A DNA stretch of 64,000 nucleotides from Cystobasidiomycetes sp. EMM_F5. Its lineage: Eukaryota. The notes beneath the pieces were generated by a model, which was not told the DNA's origin, did not search any database, and saw only the letters and a list, made by a program, of their open reading frames with translations. Of the stretch, positions 14,125-28,090 are shown piece by piece. The stretch is taken from positions 930,001-994,000 of the forward strand of contig JBPGPT010000002.1 of assembly GCA_051047955.1 (NCBI GenBank). The letters run 5' to 3'. How positions within the stretch are numbered: position 1 is the stretch's first letter; each line of letters starts with the position of its first letter. The position numbers and the translations under genes are program-made.

Positions 14125-15709
14125 ATGGGACGAGCTCCGAAAGCTACGTGCAGTGTGCCGCATCATGATCCTCTGGGCGTGCAGCTACGAACGGACACTT
14201 CGGGGCTGCTGAGCGCACCGGGCAGACGAGAGAAGCGCAAGGTCAAGAAGGTAGCTCAGGAAGACAAGGTGGGCAATGATAATACGGGCAGACGATGCGT
14301 CGAGACGGGTTGTGGAGCTGAGATTGGCTCGCTTGTCAGAACGGCGTGTTGGATGCAAAATCGTCGAGAGCAATTCTTGCACTGGCAAAACAGCAGCAGG
14401 AAGAGGAAGAGCTGCTCGAGCAAGATGGCCAGCCTGGACAATCGAGACACGCTGTACCATCTGCGTCCACGTCTATGCCGTCCACATCCCGCATGTCGCC
14501 GCAGAGCGATGGCGATGACGATGACGATGAGGACGAGGCCGAACTCGACGAGGATGAGGAGTACGGCGACGAAGAATATGAAGAGCTGGTATGTCATACC
14601 CAGATAGTCATGGATAATGCTGATACCCTGTCAATGGCAGGAAATAGACGAAGGTGACCAGGCTATACTGGAATCTTTCGGCGGCGGAGGCACTCGCAAT
14701 TTGGCAGACCTGATTATGGCCAAGATTCAAGAGAGGGAAGCGAATGACAAGCCGATAGATGGTACGTCCGAGCTTTACAGTCGCTCAGCTTTCGCTGACA
14801 GTCTGCCTGCAGTTCCCGAAGTGTCCCGCAGCACAGGACTGGATCCCAAGGTGATTGAAGTGTATACACGGTAAGTCTGATCATTGCAAGCATTGACAGA
14901 GTGAGCTGAGCTTGCTTTCGACTACCTGCAGTGTGGGCCACCTATTGTCTCGCTATAAGTCTGGCCCTTTGCCCAAAGCCTTCAAGATTCTACCGACATT
15001 AAAACAGTGGCCTACGTTACTATCCATCACTCAACCCGACAATTGGACACCGCACGCCCTTCTCGCCGCCACTCGTATATTCGCTTCGAACCTAGACCCG
15101 AAACAATCACAACGCTTCTATCGTGACATTCTTAGCGATCGCATCCGCGAAGAGATTGCCATGGAGAAGAAGCTATCTGTACATTCCTACCAAGCTTTGA
15201 AGAAGGCACTGTATAAGCCCGCAGCATTCTTCAAAGGTCTGCTGTTCCCGCTATGCGAGAGCGGGACATGCACACTACGAGAAGCCGTCATTATCGGTTC
15301 TGTGCTATCCAAAGTCTCCATCCCCGTCCTGCATTCCGGCGCGGCATTGCTCAAAATGGCAGAGATGGACTACTCTGGGCCAAATTCGCTCTTCATCCGG
15401 GTTTTGCTCGACAAGAAGTATGCGTTGCCCTACAAGGTAGTTGATGCATTGGTTTTCCACTTTCTCCGGTTCCGACGGGACACGAGGGAACTTCCCGTCC
15501 TCTGGCACCAATCCTTCTTGGTCTTCACACAGCGCTACAAGAGCGATCTGACACCCGAGCAGAAAGAAGCGTTACTCGAAGTACTGCGTGCCAAGACGCA
15601 TCCACAGATCACTCCCGAAATCCGTCGTGAGATTGTGCACTCGGCTGCTCGTGGCGAACAGATACAAGAGCCAGAGCTGCCGCTCAACATGGAAGAGGAT
15701 TCGCAGTAG
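14125..15709 (+). CDS. ENP1: Bystin / 40S biogenesis factor Enp1
   Basis: [81 protein letters not shown]. Confidence 0.95.
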
Positions 15710-15886
15710 CATGAAAAGTGAAAGTTTACGCTGATCTTCGATGCTTGAGAGGTGTTGTTGTATGCGTCTCGAGGATGCGCTGTTGTCGTCTGGTCTGACA
15801 GAGTCGGCTATCCGCCTGCATGGGAAAGGTTTCTCTGTGATGATGGAATATCAATCGCTGAATCACACGGCGCTTTTGATCCAAAA

Positions 15887-17271
15887 CTACCGCGTCGGTA
15901 AATCATACGATGAAAGGATCGCGGCCGTCGACGACGTTACTAAGGAGTTGCAGTCCTGGAGTTTCTTCCGTAATCGCGACTGCTTATTTGGCTTTGAAGT
16001 TGACTGCGCAGGGGAGGAGACAGCGTTGACGGCCGCTGGATCCGTGACTCGTAGGGCTGCAGCAGCTTCAGCAAGCTGATCAAATGTGCCGTTCGTATGC
16101 TGACTCGGAGCGGGGCACAGTGAAGCTATCGCACTATCGACCAGCTGGCTCACCACTTGCCGATAATCGGCGAGATTCTTCATAACATCGCTTGCAGATT
16201 GCGGGCCGTGCAGCGAACAGGTCAGATCGTCGTGGGTCGCGAGTAGCTTTTGGCCTAGATGATGTAAATCTGCTAGACCAGTTGATGAGGAAATAATCGC
16301 CGATTGCAGACTTTCCAGTATCGTGCGAGCCTGCTGCATGATCTGTAGGCTTTTCTGGGCAATGACGTGCTCGGCAGGAGTAAGAGGTGTGTCTGGCTCA
16401 TCAAGATCGTCAAATTCGCCATCATCTTCGTCGCTGTCTTCTTCGTCGCTGTCCTGGTGATTGCTTGTCGATGTTCCGTTCGACTCAATCGGCGAGACTT
16501 GCACGAGCTCCTTTGTCTCATCGTATGCATCGTCAAAAGTCTCCAGCAAATCCTTCCAGACTACGCTAAATGCCGCTTGTTCAGTTTTAGGAGTAGCTTG
16601 CTGTATCCGCTCGACCGCCTTCCAGGTGTGACTGGTCAGTGTCAATATTTTTTTACGCTGCGGTCCAGATATACGACCAGTCATCGGTGGTTTCAGGCTA
16701 CTGTATGTGTCACATGACTCGCTGACGAGGTCGTAAAGAGCTTCTAGCGCGGTGCGAACGGCATTTCGCCATGCCGCAGCCAGCAGAGACTCATCGACGC
16801 CTGTTGCAGTAGATGTCGATGCAGCTTCCGGCAAGCTGGCTATACGGAGCACTCCTACGGCGTATACGAGCTTGCCGGTGAGATCTGACAGTTTCTTTGA
16901 GACTGCCTCGACGGCATTCCACGTCTCGCTAGGAGGCGCAAGAGCAAGCGAGAGAGCTGTCGTTTCTTTCGACAAGAGGGTCAGAAGGGAGGTCAGGTCT
17001 GACAATGTTGTAACAGATGTCGGCGAAGGACTCGATATGCCAGCATCAGCGAGGTCATTGACGGAAGCGGGGATAGGGACTGTCGAGGAGGAAGCGAGAT
17101 TTGCGCAGCTGGACTCGAGCAGTACGGCTAGCGTTGAGAGGCCAGCCAGAGCTTGAGCTGAAATGCCAGTTGATCAATCATAATTTTGGTTCGAAGTGCA
17201 GCGAATTTCAGCTTTAGACGACCTGCGACAGCTTTGTTTTATGCGACCATACCTCTGGCGTCTGCTGGCAT
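15887..17271 (-). CDS. GCIP/CCNDBP1-like (Grap2 and cyclin-D-interacting) helical protein
   Basis: LLSKETTALSLA...TSHTWKAVERI...PKTEQAAFSVVW...DDAYDETKEL plus an acidic tract resemble the GCIP family. ATG at 17271, with an intron restoring the frame. Confidence 0.6.
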
Positions 17272-17587
17272 AGGGAAGGATGGGTTTTCGTTCCAGCGCA
17301 CAGCCGCTTCCTGCCAATTGGGATCGTTAAAGGCCTACCGCGTCAGACTTGTCCAGCAGGCTTGACGGCTAATTGACTGTCGAGCAAGATTCCAGCTTTT
17401 CGCTAACACTCGCGCTGAACTAATCAATCTGACCACTGACTGGCTTGTCACTGCCAGCCGAATTTACTGAAGCCTACACCTCGCCGTCACTCGACCGGGC
17501 CATCGTATCCCTTCGAACATATATAACTGGAGTTAACTGGAGTACAGTACTACCCGCAGCGGCTCGACCGTTCAAGCGCAAGTCGTT

Positions 17588-19330
17588 ATGGCATCGTTAT
17601 GCAGTGCGAGACAGGGTCCTGTAGTCGCTGCTTCAACCTCAAAAATTTCGAAAATGTCGACCAAGGGCGGTGCTTCGACAGCCACGTCTGCAGACTCTCA
17701 CTCACCTCGACCTGCACATAGCCCCGCTTCGACATCCCTTCCAGCCATCTTCCACAAGATGCGCCTGTCGAGAGCAGGCAAGCTCTACTTTGCGATAGCT
17801 GTCTCTTCGGCGTTCTTCATTGTAGAGATCGTCATTGGGTTCCGGCAACGCTCTCTGGCTCTGGTCGCTGATGCATTCCATGTCGCGTCGGATCTGATTG
17901 GCTTTTTGGTCGCTCTGGTTGCTGTGCAACTAGCCAATAAAAAACAGGGTCTATCTCGTTAGTTGACATATGGCTCGTGCATTCACTGCGATGGTCTGAC
18001 GAAAAGACTACTTCCAGCTGCATACTCTTATGGTCTGCAACGCGGACCAGTCTTGGGTGCATTTTTCAATGGTTGTTTCCTTTCAGGCCTCGGATTTTCC
18101 ATCGTGCTGTCAAGTATTGAGCGCCTTATAACGCCCGAGAGCATCGAAGAGCCTGTACTGGTTCTGATCGTTGGCTCTGTCGGACTAGCGCTCAACGTGC
18201 TATCTGCCGCAGTCGTTCATGGTCAGTTCCGTGACGAGCGTTTAAAGCGGGCTTCGCTCACATGCTTCTCATTCCCAGAGCACGGCGATGGCGGAGACGG
18301 ACACTCTCATTCTCATTCGCACAACAAGACAGCAACTGTAGCTAATCTGGCTGAGAACAGCAAGGCAGAAGCCGACGATTCTGTACATGTGCAAGATGAG
18401 GAGACGCTGCGTGCGAGTGCTGTACTGTCGCTGAGTGCCAGAGGCGATGAGGTAAAGGATGTTATTGATAAGCAGAGGCAACGACTAACGAAAAGGCCCT
18501 ACAGCACGCACTGCACATACACACGCTACGACCGCCGCGAAACAAGCATGGAATGGACTTGAATATTCTAGGCGTCATGATACATTTGCTAGGTATTTCT
18601 CGGGCTATTGTGTTCCTTCTTAAGCTAAAACCCATCGGTGGTTTCGTTCAGGCGACGCAATAAACAATTTAGCTGTGATGATCGCCGCGGTCATTGTCTG
18701 GAAGACTGGCTTCAACAGAGCAGACTCGATAGCATCGCTTTTCGTTGGCTTCTCGATTATCGCTACTGCTATCCCGCTCATGAAGAGCTCTGGAAGGCTA
18801 TTGCTCGAAGCTGCGCCAAGGGAAATCGACTTGAGGGATGTCAAGGATGATCTTACAAGCCTCGAGGGTGTTGTGGACATACACGAAATGCATGTCTTCA
18901 GTCTGAGTAGGTTGCTCAATGCGTGTCTCAAGCCGCTACTGACGGTCGTTCCAAAGCCCAACGCAAACATATCGCCTCACTCCATGTGCGAGTCGCGCCG
19001 AACACGACTATGGCACAATTTGTGTCCACTGCTCGATCTATACGAGAATGCCTGCACGCCTGGGGCTTGCATGGCGGGGTGACAGTTCAACCCGAGCTTG
19101 CAGAAACAGGCACCGAAGCCATTGGAAACATCGAATCGAGTGGCAATGCATTAGCGGTCGAGGGTGCTGACGCGGGTAGTCACGCCATGACGCCTCGCCC
19201 TTCTCAGCAAGGTGGAAACGGTCATAGCAGCGGAGTGTATCGTAAGACCAGCCAAGCGATAGAAGTCAATAAAAGAAATTGTCAGGTAGCATGTGTAGAT
19301 GACTGCGACGCGCAGCCTTGTTGTGATTGA
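17588..19330 (+). CDS. Cation diffusion facilitator zinc transporter (Zrc1/Cot1-like)
   Basis: SLALVADAFHVASD, YSYGLQR, His-rich loop (GHSHSHSH), HLLGD, DIHEMHVFSLS, TVQPE. Confidence 0.9.
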
Positions 19331-19587
19331 GTGGAGAGATACCTTCAATCCACACGAGGATCCGGACTGGATGGGAGTAAACTGGATCGCTCGAGGTTGC
19401 CTGACTACTGTCAAAGAACACACGCTATCGGCCACACCGGCTCTTGTGAATACCGTGACAAAAGGAACAGATGTTAAATGTGAACCAGTCCTGCTAATAA
19501 GCAGTCGATCATTTCAATATGAGAAATGATTTTCTCGGGAAACAACCCCCTTTCGGTTCCCCGCTTTGCCAAATGTACAGTTTGTCG

Positions 19588-20958
19588 CTAGAATCGGGGA
19601 CGCTCTACGACGCCCGCAACGTTCGACGGTCCAGTTTGAGCGTACCAAACGTCGATGCGAAGCTGTTTGTTGGGTATCGTTGTGCTCGTTGTACCAAACA
19701 CTGATTGATCTACTGTTAAATGCTTCAAAGTGCATATCAAATGTTTTGCATGCACATACTCTTCAAGTCATTTAGCCAGTAGTAGCGGGGATCGCCAGTC
19801 TGTATCTTGACTTCAAGAAACAGACCGCTGGTTGCAGACTCGATTCCGCTGACGGATGGCTGATAAGGACGGTTAGGTCCATTGGTGCGAAGCCACAGAT
19901 TTGCTCCATCAGTAGTCATCGCCGAGTATCCTGTGACGATGAGGAATGCGTTCGACGAACAAGGATTTCCAGTGAAGCGTGAAACGGGATTTCAGGTATG
20001 GTATCAGGCAGTCGACAAGTAAACGAAAACGCAGTCAGCAAATTCATGAATGTCAGCGCATTCAATCTTCTTACTAGACTATTACGTACTTGTATCAGCG
20101 TGAAAGACGCCTGTCTTGTTGTTCACTGTTTTCAAGGATGGCGTTCAGGTCAGAGTTAATTTCCTCTGCTCGCCCGGCACGGCTCGTGCTAAAGGGGTAT
20201 GATAGCACACAAAGCAATCCAATGCGACTTACCTGCGCCTTCGTCACTGCCAAGATTTCGTATGGCTGTGTCCGGCGGTCAGCGGAATTGCAACGGTCTT
20301 CAGCAAGATAACGGAACCTACTGGCCTGTGTAAGGAAACACCATGTCAACAGATGTCTCGCAGGGCTGCCGAGAAACACGACCTACATTGAACTGATCAT
20401 GGCAGTTTTGCGAGATGAGTCGGGTATTTCCGTTAAAATCCCTATTATGCGCGCACAGAGGCTTCACGTACGTATTGAGACGTGATATTACCGCCTATAA
20501 TTGCGATGTCGCGCCGCAAACCATCTCGAGGCAGCAAAGCAGGGAAACGAATCAGTTCTTTCGTCTAATTTCCGCTTTATGCCTCAAACGGAGGCAGTGA
20601 GACGCCTTCCTGCTTTAATCTCTGCTTGTCCGTGAGGGCTTGGAGCACACACCTGGAGTGTAACCATAGTCGAACCTATCACCCAAGTCGCAGTATAACG
20701 TCTGTAATGGCAAGTCAGCAGTATCCACCTTGTGCCAATTCGAGACATACATAAAGATGGCGAAACGAGGGCATTGCCACTGCTCCAGTACCATTCGTGT
20801 ATCCTGTGTAGGTGGCACTGCGTTGTACTTGTCAGTGTTACGAGTATTGCTGTAGCGAGCATGCGCGATGCTTACTTGTCAAGGGGGGATGCTGCTTGAG
20901 CGACAGGCGCCATCAAGCACGCTACTGCCACTGCAAGTCCTGCGAATTTGCAAAGCAT
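19588..20958 (-). CDS. Secreted DUF3237/UPF0311-like beta-barrel protein encoded by many small exons
   Basis: Spliced: MLCKFAGLAVAVACL...TLYCDLGD...TPDGLRRDIAIIGGNITSQY|FN|A|TIRNLGSDEGA|VNNKTGVFHADTRYSAMTTDGANLWLRTNGP...IQTGDPRYYWLND. The last exon boundary is uncertain. Confidence 0.72.
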
Positions 20959-21642
20959 GGTGATTTGTACTGTAATGGCGTAAAGCGGGGAAATTGTTTG
21001 ATGAATATCGGTTCCACTCTTTGACTGTTAAAGGTATGGAATAGGAGTGAAGACGAGAGAGGACTGCCTCGAAGGGCAGTTAGTTGACGGCCAAACAGAC
21101 TGTAGACTAGCTGTGAACCTTTTTCCAGCGGAAGCGAAGACTTTCGGATGGAGCCCCACTTTCAGGTACCGCAAGTATTGATATCCCGATTCTAGTTACC
21201 GGTGAGCCAATGGACGCGCAGCATCATTAGCCGCAAGCGGCCAGTAGTACCGACGCTTTTCGGACTTTCCATTTGTATGTCGCATAAACCTTCACGCAAG
21301 TCGTCTCCGCAAAGCTGAAGAGGCTCGCTTGTCCAAATCATGCACGACAGCTTTCTGCTAAGCTGAACACGAAAGTTGTGGGCATCTACTGTCATGGCAT
21401 GCTACCACACTTGATAGAGAAGAACTGTGCCCCGTTGATTTTTACATCTCGATAAAGGCAGTCCAGAAGGGTGAACGCTGTGCCATGTACGAGCTACAAT
21501 CGAGCTTGTCCCTTCTGTCATATCAGCATGATATTCTGAGCGATGTCTGACTACTGCTGTGCCAAGTCAACGAAGTGCTATCGGCGACACTGTGTATGAC
21601 CTGACCTGTGCTCCAGCGCAGTCAGTCCATTGCCTCGCAGCC

Positions 21643-24600
21643 ATGAACTCGAAGACCCGAAAGACGAAACAAGCGAACCCGGACTCAAACGAGCAGCGTA
21701 GCCTGCGAACTGCATGGTCGCACCGACTTACATACACCAAATACATAGGCTAGGCTGAAAAGTCGTACGTCTTCGTTGGCCGGCAACGACAAGGTCAGTA
21801 TGGCAGACTTGCCCGAGTCGGCCGAGGCCATGAGTACGCATACGCAAAAGCACCCAACATTGCATCTGGCTGTCGATTCATCGCATCTCCTCAAGTCACC
21901 TGCGTCCATGTCGTCGCCCGTTTTGCCTGGCTCCTTCAGTCGCAGCCCCTTAAGCAGCCCCGGTGGGCGAGATCGTTTGCAACCGAGTTCCAGTCTGAGT
22001 CTTTCGGGAGGGCTGAGTTCGCTGCTGCGTACATTCACTCTGGGTAGTGGAAGGGCTAGCAAGGATGTCCATCCTGAAGGTATTAATGGAGGAGACACTC
22101 GCAATGAAAACGTACCTGGAAGTCACCCGGTCAACCAGCAAGCCGAGACAAACGCTTCAAACGAAGTCAGCACATCTCAGTCGTCTAGCTATCTTATGCC
22201 CACCTCCATCGATGCCGGACCGGTCAAAGGTACTGAGCATAACCCAGCCATATCAGCGTCATGGCGAACACGCACAGTCAGTGGGACGACAGCGGGCGCA
22301 CTTGCACCTCACGCAACTAAGTTCAACGAAGTCGGTGTATCATCTTATCACGGTGAAGCAAGGATTGACGGAACTGGGGACGAGTCCGGCAGGCCCAATA
22401 CATACTCCGACGACATGGGTGCGTTCGGGAAGAAACAGTCCAGTATCCCAGGCGCCGCATTGCTCAAGAGTGGCATAAACATGTTTGCTGGCTTTACAGC
22501 ACTGGATCGCATACCACCCATGCTCGGAATTGGTTCGGGCAGCAACAACGAGGCGCTGTATCCTACGGGTCGAAATACGGATCTCACAATACCTTACTTG
22601 AATACTGCAGAAACGCACGACCTCAACCTCGATGATGCTGTGGCTGATGGCCGGATGTTCCGAGACTCTCCGTCACCCGACACGGCACAGTCCACTAACC
22701 GTCTCCGCGTTGGACAGCAAGGAGTTCGCTCATCTTCGCCCATGGCTCCCTCGACAAATGCCTTGGCTGCTCCTGCCATGCACTTCTCCTCATCCACCGA
22801 TACCGGCACCGATTCAGGCGAAGCTGCCATCAATCGCAATGAGCCAATATCGGCGTTGGACTTAGCCAGACCCCAGTTGACCTACCGTCATAGGACGACT
22901 TCGCTTGATCCACTCACATACACAGTCATTGCGAGAAACTCGTCGGAGGCAGATGCGAAGCGCGTAGCAAAGGCTCTCGAAATGCGAGGTCGAGATTTGG
23001 ATTTTCAGCAGCGACTACTGCAGCGTGCGCAACAGAGACATGATGCCATCAGTTCTCCAGAGCGAGTAAGCAATAAGTCGGCTCTTCCGAGTGCCGAGAC
23101 CGTCAGCAGCCCTGTCCAACCCGATCTCGATGACGCTGTGCAAGAAGCCAACAGAGAGAATGACGGTCGTGAATCCGCTTCTGTAGATGATCCGAAAGCA
23201 GGAAGGATCGAACAGAAGTCGCTTCCGTTTCGGCAGGAACCCGTTCCATCGCCTACCGAAGGAAGCGAACGCAAAAAGTGAGCTTCGATTCATTCATGCC
23301 GATAGGATGAGTTTCTTACGTCCTTCGTTGTGCAGGCGTAGGTCGTTGTTGGCACGCTTTGGTCTTTCATTCGACAGTAAGAAGGTGCCGGCCAAAGGCA
23401 AAGACAGCACCGGTGGTCTCGCAGCCGGCAGTAGCTACCAGCCTGCAAACAGTGCCCTTGGTCGCAGCCGCTCGATGGCTTCGCGACCGAGCTCAGTTCA
23501 CACCGATATCGCAGACGCATACGCGCAGGCAGTAGCAGACTCGAGAGCATCCACTTTCACGGACCGGCCTAAAGGCTCCAAGCGCAAGCCTTCAACCCCA
23601 CAATATGTCAAAACGCGTTTGAAAGGCAAAAACAAGCGCGAATTTTCGCATCTATTTGTAGCGCAAGAATTGGTTTTGGTCAGTCCAGAGCAAGCCGGGT
23701 CATTGAAACGTAATGATACTTCGACATTGCAATCACCACTTGCGAGTGGCCCCAGTGATCGCGCGTTACCCACGACGACGAATGCTGCATGGCCGGAAAC
23801 TAGCGCTCCTGGCATGACACCGCACCCTTCCGTTCAGTCCATCTCGTCAACCAAAAGGAAGCATGGCCCAACGAGCCCTGCTGCAGTGTGGAGCTTGAAA
23901 TTTTCTCTTGACGGTAGGTATCTTGCTTGTGCCGGTCAAGATGGTATGATACGCGTATGGGAGGTAGTCGGGAAATCCTACGGCGACGTACCAACACATT
24001 ACTCTGTCGGCGATCAAGCCTCTCCGGCTGACGCTAGCGCTGGAGAGGGTAATTTTGATATGACGGCTGCAGCAGCCTTCGTCGGTATAGATGCGAACAC
24101 TTTGATGAGCAGCAAACGGTCTAGTCGCATATCTGTGGACTCCAGCGCAGGTCGCTGCGCCACGCGGCGTCGTGCGGCCGCCGAGAATCATATGTCAAGT
24201 CCTGCCCCGGTCTTCAGCCCACACCCACTGCAGGAGTGGTCCGGTCACACGGCGGATGTGCTGGATATAAGCTGGAGTAAGGTAAGCGCTGATTGATTCC
24301 AAAGTGCGAAACTTCCTCACATTCACGCGATAATTCTGTCAGAACAACTTCTTATTATCATCCTCTATGGACAAGAGCGTACGACTTTGGCACGTGTCAC
24401 GGAAAGAATGCTTGTGCGCGTTCCAACACCAGGATGTGGTTACTTCCATAGCCTTTCACCCAAAGGATGACCGATACTTCCTGTCTGGATCCCTTGATGC
24501 CAAATTACGATTGTGGAATATTGCGGAGAAGAAGGTACAATGCTGGGTCGGGCTACCCGAACTCCTCACTTGCGTCAATTTCACTTCAGACGGCAAGTAC

Positions 24601-25603
24601 GCCATAGCCGGGACGTTCGCAGGCAATTGCGTACGTAAAATTTGACTGTCTCTGAGAATGCTATTAACCGATCTATTTCGTGGCGCAGCTTTTCTTTGAT
24701 GTTCATGACCTTGGTTTCGTATCAAAACTTGTTACGAAGCGCTCACGCAGCAAAAGCGCAAACGGACGCAAGATTACGTCAATAATCCCTCTACCGAAAG
24801 GCGATTCCTCTGAGCCCGAGCGTATCCTAGTCACCAGCAACGACTCGAGAATCAGGCTTTGGAACATCAGTGGCATTGTCAACGCCACGTCAGGCGAAGC
24901 TCCGAAAGAGCTCTCCGATAAGTGTTTGGAAGCCAAATATAAAGGTTTGGAGAACTCCTCATCTCAAATCAAAGCCATGTTCAGCGACGATGGGCGGTAC
25001 GTGATATGCGGAAGCGAAGATCGCCAAGTGCACATCTGGCAATCTGGCTTGTTAGATTTCCCCGCGCCCTTCTCGCAGACGAGCAAGAAGACTGCTGATA
25101 AGAGCCCGTGCTGCGAGTACTTCACGCCAGCCGGCGGTTCCCACCAGCAATCTGTAGGGATTGTTACCTGCGCAATTTTTGCTCCGCAAGAGACACAGGC
25201 AATACTGCTTCAGAATGGAGATTCCTTGCTTGCAGAAGAGCTTGATGAGAGACTAGTTGGGGATCCTGTTCAATTGTCGCCCTCCGTTTCCAGTCAGCCG
25301 CGTAGCTCGAGTAGACTATCCAATCCGGACAACTCCCAGCTGTCTACGACAATCTCTACGCCCTCTGATCGATCATCCATACACTCCAGTACAAGCAGTG
25401 CAGTCAGAGGCAGGATCATCGTGGTGGCAGATGATACGTCTGGCACCATACGTGTATACCGTAACCAATTAATACCGCCGGCCATGCTCGCCAGATCACC
25501 GACAGACCAGGACAGGGCCGCTTCTACAGCCAAGCGGCGGTTCAGCTTGGTCCAGCGGAGCACCAGTAGACCAGAGGCAAGAAGGCAGCCGTCTGGATCT
25601 TGA
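21643..25603 (+). CDS. WD40-repeat protein, WDR44/Laf1/Dgr2-like, with long disordered N-terminus
   Basis: REFSHLFVAQEL, VWSLKFSLDGRYLACAGQDG, GHTADVLDISWSK|NNFLLSSSMDKSVRLWH, AFHPKDDRYFLSGSLD, LVTSNDSRIRL. Start codon uncertain. Confidence 0.85.
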
Positions 25604-25740
25604 AACGAACCACGTACATTCTTACGTTTTGTTCCTATGTGCAGTCAGGAAAAGTACGCGTAGATCACGAGTCTAGTTCCATGTTGATGTAGCAACGCAA
25701 ATTTGTATGATACAGTCACTTACAAGTCGAATGTATACCC

Positions 25741-26789
25741 TCAACACTTCCATCGACCCTTCTTGCGCTGCGCAATCTGTGAAGCTGTCTGCGCCGCATT
25801 GTTGCCCGAATGCCCTCCAACATTGACCGCCGCTCCACCCGGCCCATACCAGTCCGTTTCGAAATTGCAGATTGCCGCATCTTTTTCGTAGCGTTTCAAT
25901 AGGGTTGCTACGACTTCATTGGCCTTTCTTGCAATCTCTGCGGCATTATCCTCCTTCATGTCCACATCTGGGATATCGTTGCCATTTTGAGAAGCTTTGC
26001 TGGTTGCGCGGATTAAGTTTTGCAGACTAGCCTCTACGAGACGAGTCGTCTTGATGCGCGAGTCGAGCAATGCAATTCTAGCATCAGCGGAATCGATGGT
26101 CAGGTCTACCGTGTCCTTGTTGCCGCTGCCAATGGTAATGTCCTTGAGGGGTATACGCGCTGCTTTGGCTTGCGCTGCGGTAGATACAGAAGAGTAGACA
26201 AGTGTTCGCTTGTATGAGTGGGCTGGCGGTAGATCTGGCAAGTGATCCGGCACGTATGCAGCCCGTCTGGATGCTCTACTTTCGTCATCCGGGAGAAAGC
26301 GATGTGTGGGATCCTCTGTGAGTGGTCGAGTGCTGATATCTGGTTCTGCGAATGCGAGCTGTACAGATATACTGTTTTCTGCATGAAGCAGTCGAGCCAT
26401 CTCAGCTCATGGGCGTTATGGCTCAGCACATCCCAGCTAACCTGTGAGAGCGAGTCTTGCCGCATTGTTCGAGTCTACCACTTGTGCCAAGTCGTTAATA
26501 TGTATACCCTGATTCGCGCAGGCCGTAATGACCTCGACCGGGGACAGCCTTGTCTTTCGGGCCAATTCAGCGTAAGAGTTGGCGAGATGGAGTAGCCCGC
26601 CCAGGACTATGCAAAGGGACAACGTGAGCTTTGACGATGGTCGCCGTACGTGGGTTGAGGTGACCTACGCTTGAAGACCTTGTCCTCGAGCTGGACCAGC
26701 GCATCGGGAGACGCTGCGTCGTAACCAGACTGACGCAGAGTACTGCATATCATACGGCGGACGCACTCCTGCGCAAGAGCTTCATTCAT
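25741..26789 (-). CDS. TAF8: TFIID subunit Taf8
   Basis: N-terminal bromodomain-associated histone fold (GYDAASPDAL...ANSYAELARKT) plus the TAF8 C-terminal motif YVPDHLPDLPPAHSYKRT. Confidence 0.8.
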
Positions 26790-28090
26790 GGTTGGCTTGA
26801 AGAAGCATCGAAAGAAAGCCGCTTACAGACCATTACAATCTGTGACTCTGATCGAGGCATAGCTACAGGCATTCAAGCAGCGGAATACTGAACGAACTGC
26901 TTACGAGATATTTAATCTACATTGCAAGTAATGCTTTTCCAACCTCATTCCGTTTCTCCTGCGCCGTATCTGATTCACCTCGAAGCGAGTCTGAAAAGCC
27001 GACATGAGGGTCCATTTCCACCGACACTCCACTTTGTCCTGAGCATCCCCGCTTACTTACCCCGGCTATGCATGCATCCGACGCCCGCTGCGTGTTATCC
27101 ACCCTGACGCCATACTGACTTGTTCCTGCTGACTTGGTGACACGCCTCGGATCGCGTCTCGGGCCGACGAGCTGAGTGAGCCCTATCGGTTATACGAGAT
27201 TGTGGGTAATAGACTATCTGGCTGAATAGAGCTGGTACGGACGAGGTATGCGCGTGTGTTCTTGCTCTGCTTGTCTTCCGCTTCGTCAACAGGCAATGTG
27301 GTCGCACTTGAACAACAAAGAAAACAAAGCGGAGATGTGGTCAAGTCAAGCACAAGCCGCTCCCCCAATCCCCTGGCAGCATCTCGCTCACTCTGAGAAT
27401 AAGGACGGACAAGGGTTTGTCCGCTTTCACTTTCACTTGAAGCCGTCCACTTCATGCCATGTCAGCCGGAGGGTGCTCGTGTGTATGTCAGTCCACTCTG
27501 ACGAAAGCACTTTTCGCAGAACGATGCATGCCCGTCGTATTCTGACTCTGTTGGTACATCAAGCGGACAACACAGCCTTCCTTCCTATCATGAGGTCGCC
27601 AAACCACCTCTAGCTCATGCCAAGCTGGCTCCCGTAAAGGTCGCTCGCTCGCCCACGGACACCTACTTGGCCAGCAGACACCATTCACTCGAGAACACAT
27701 CCGAATAGTAGGCATGACAAGTTATGGCTGCCTTGTATACCACTGACTTTGAGGACAGCAGTCATGCGGAAGTGACGCATCGTCAGACCTGGTTCAAGCG
27801 TACATTCAGCATTCACCCATCGCCGAGCCGCGCAACTCGAGCAGGTCCTCAGGAAATCTTTGCCCACTTCTGATACATGCCTAGCACAACGTGCCAACGT
27901 ATCGCTTCTGAACGTTGAAAGTTTGGTTGTAGTATGATATGAGTGGTCGTAGCAGACTGAATTGAATGTTATTGCTGCGATGTCGAAGGTCAGTGGTCAG
28001 AGAAGGGGTGGTCAAGAGGTGGTTATCCTGATAGTAAATTGTATGCTGTTGTGTATAACAACGAACAGCTGTTACTTCCGGAACTAGCGT

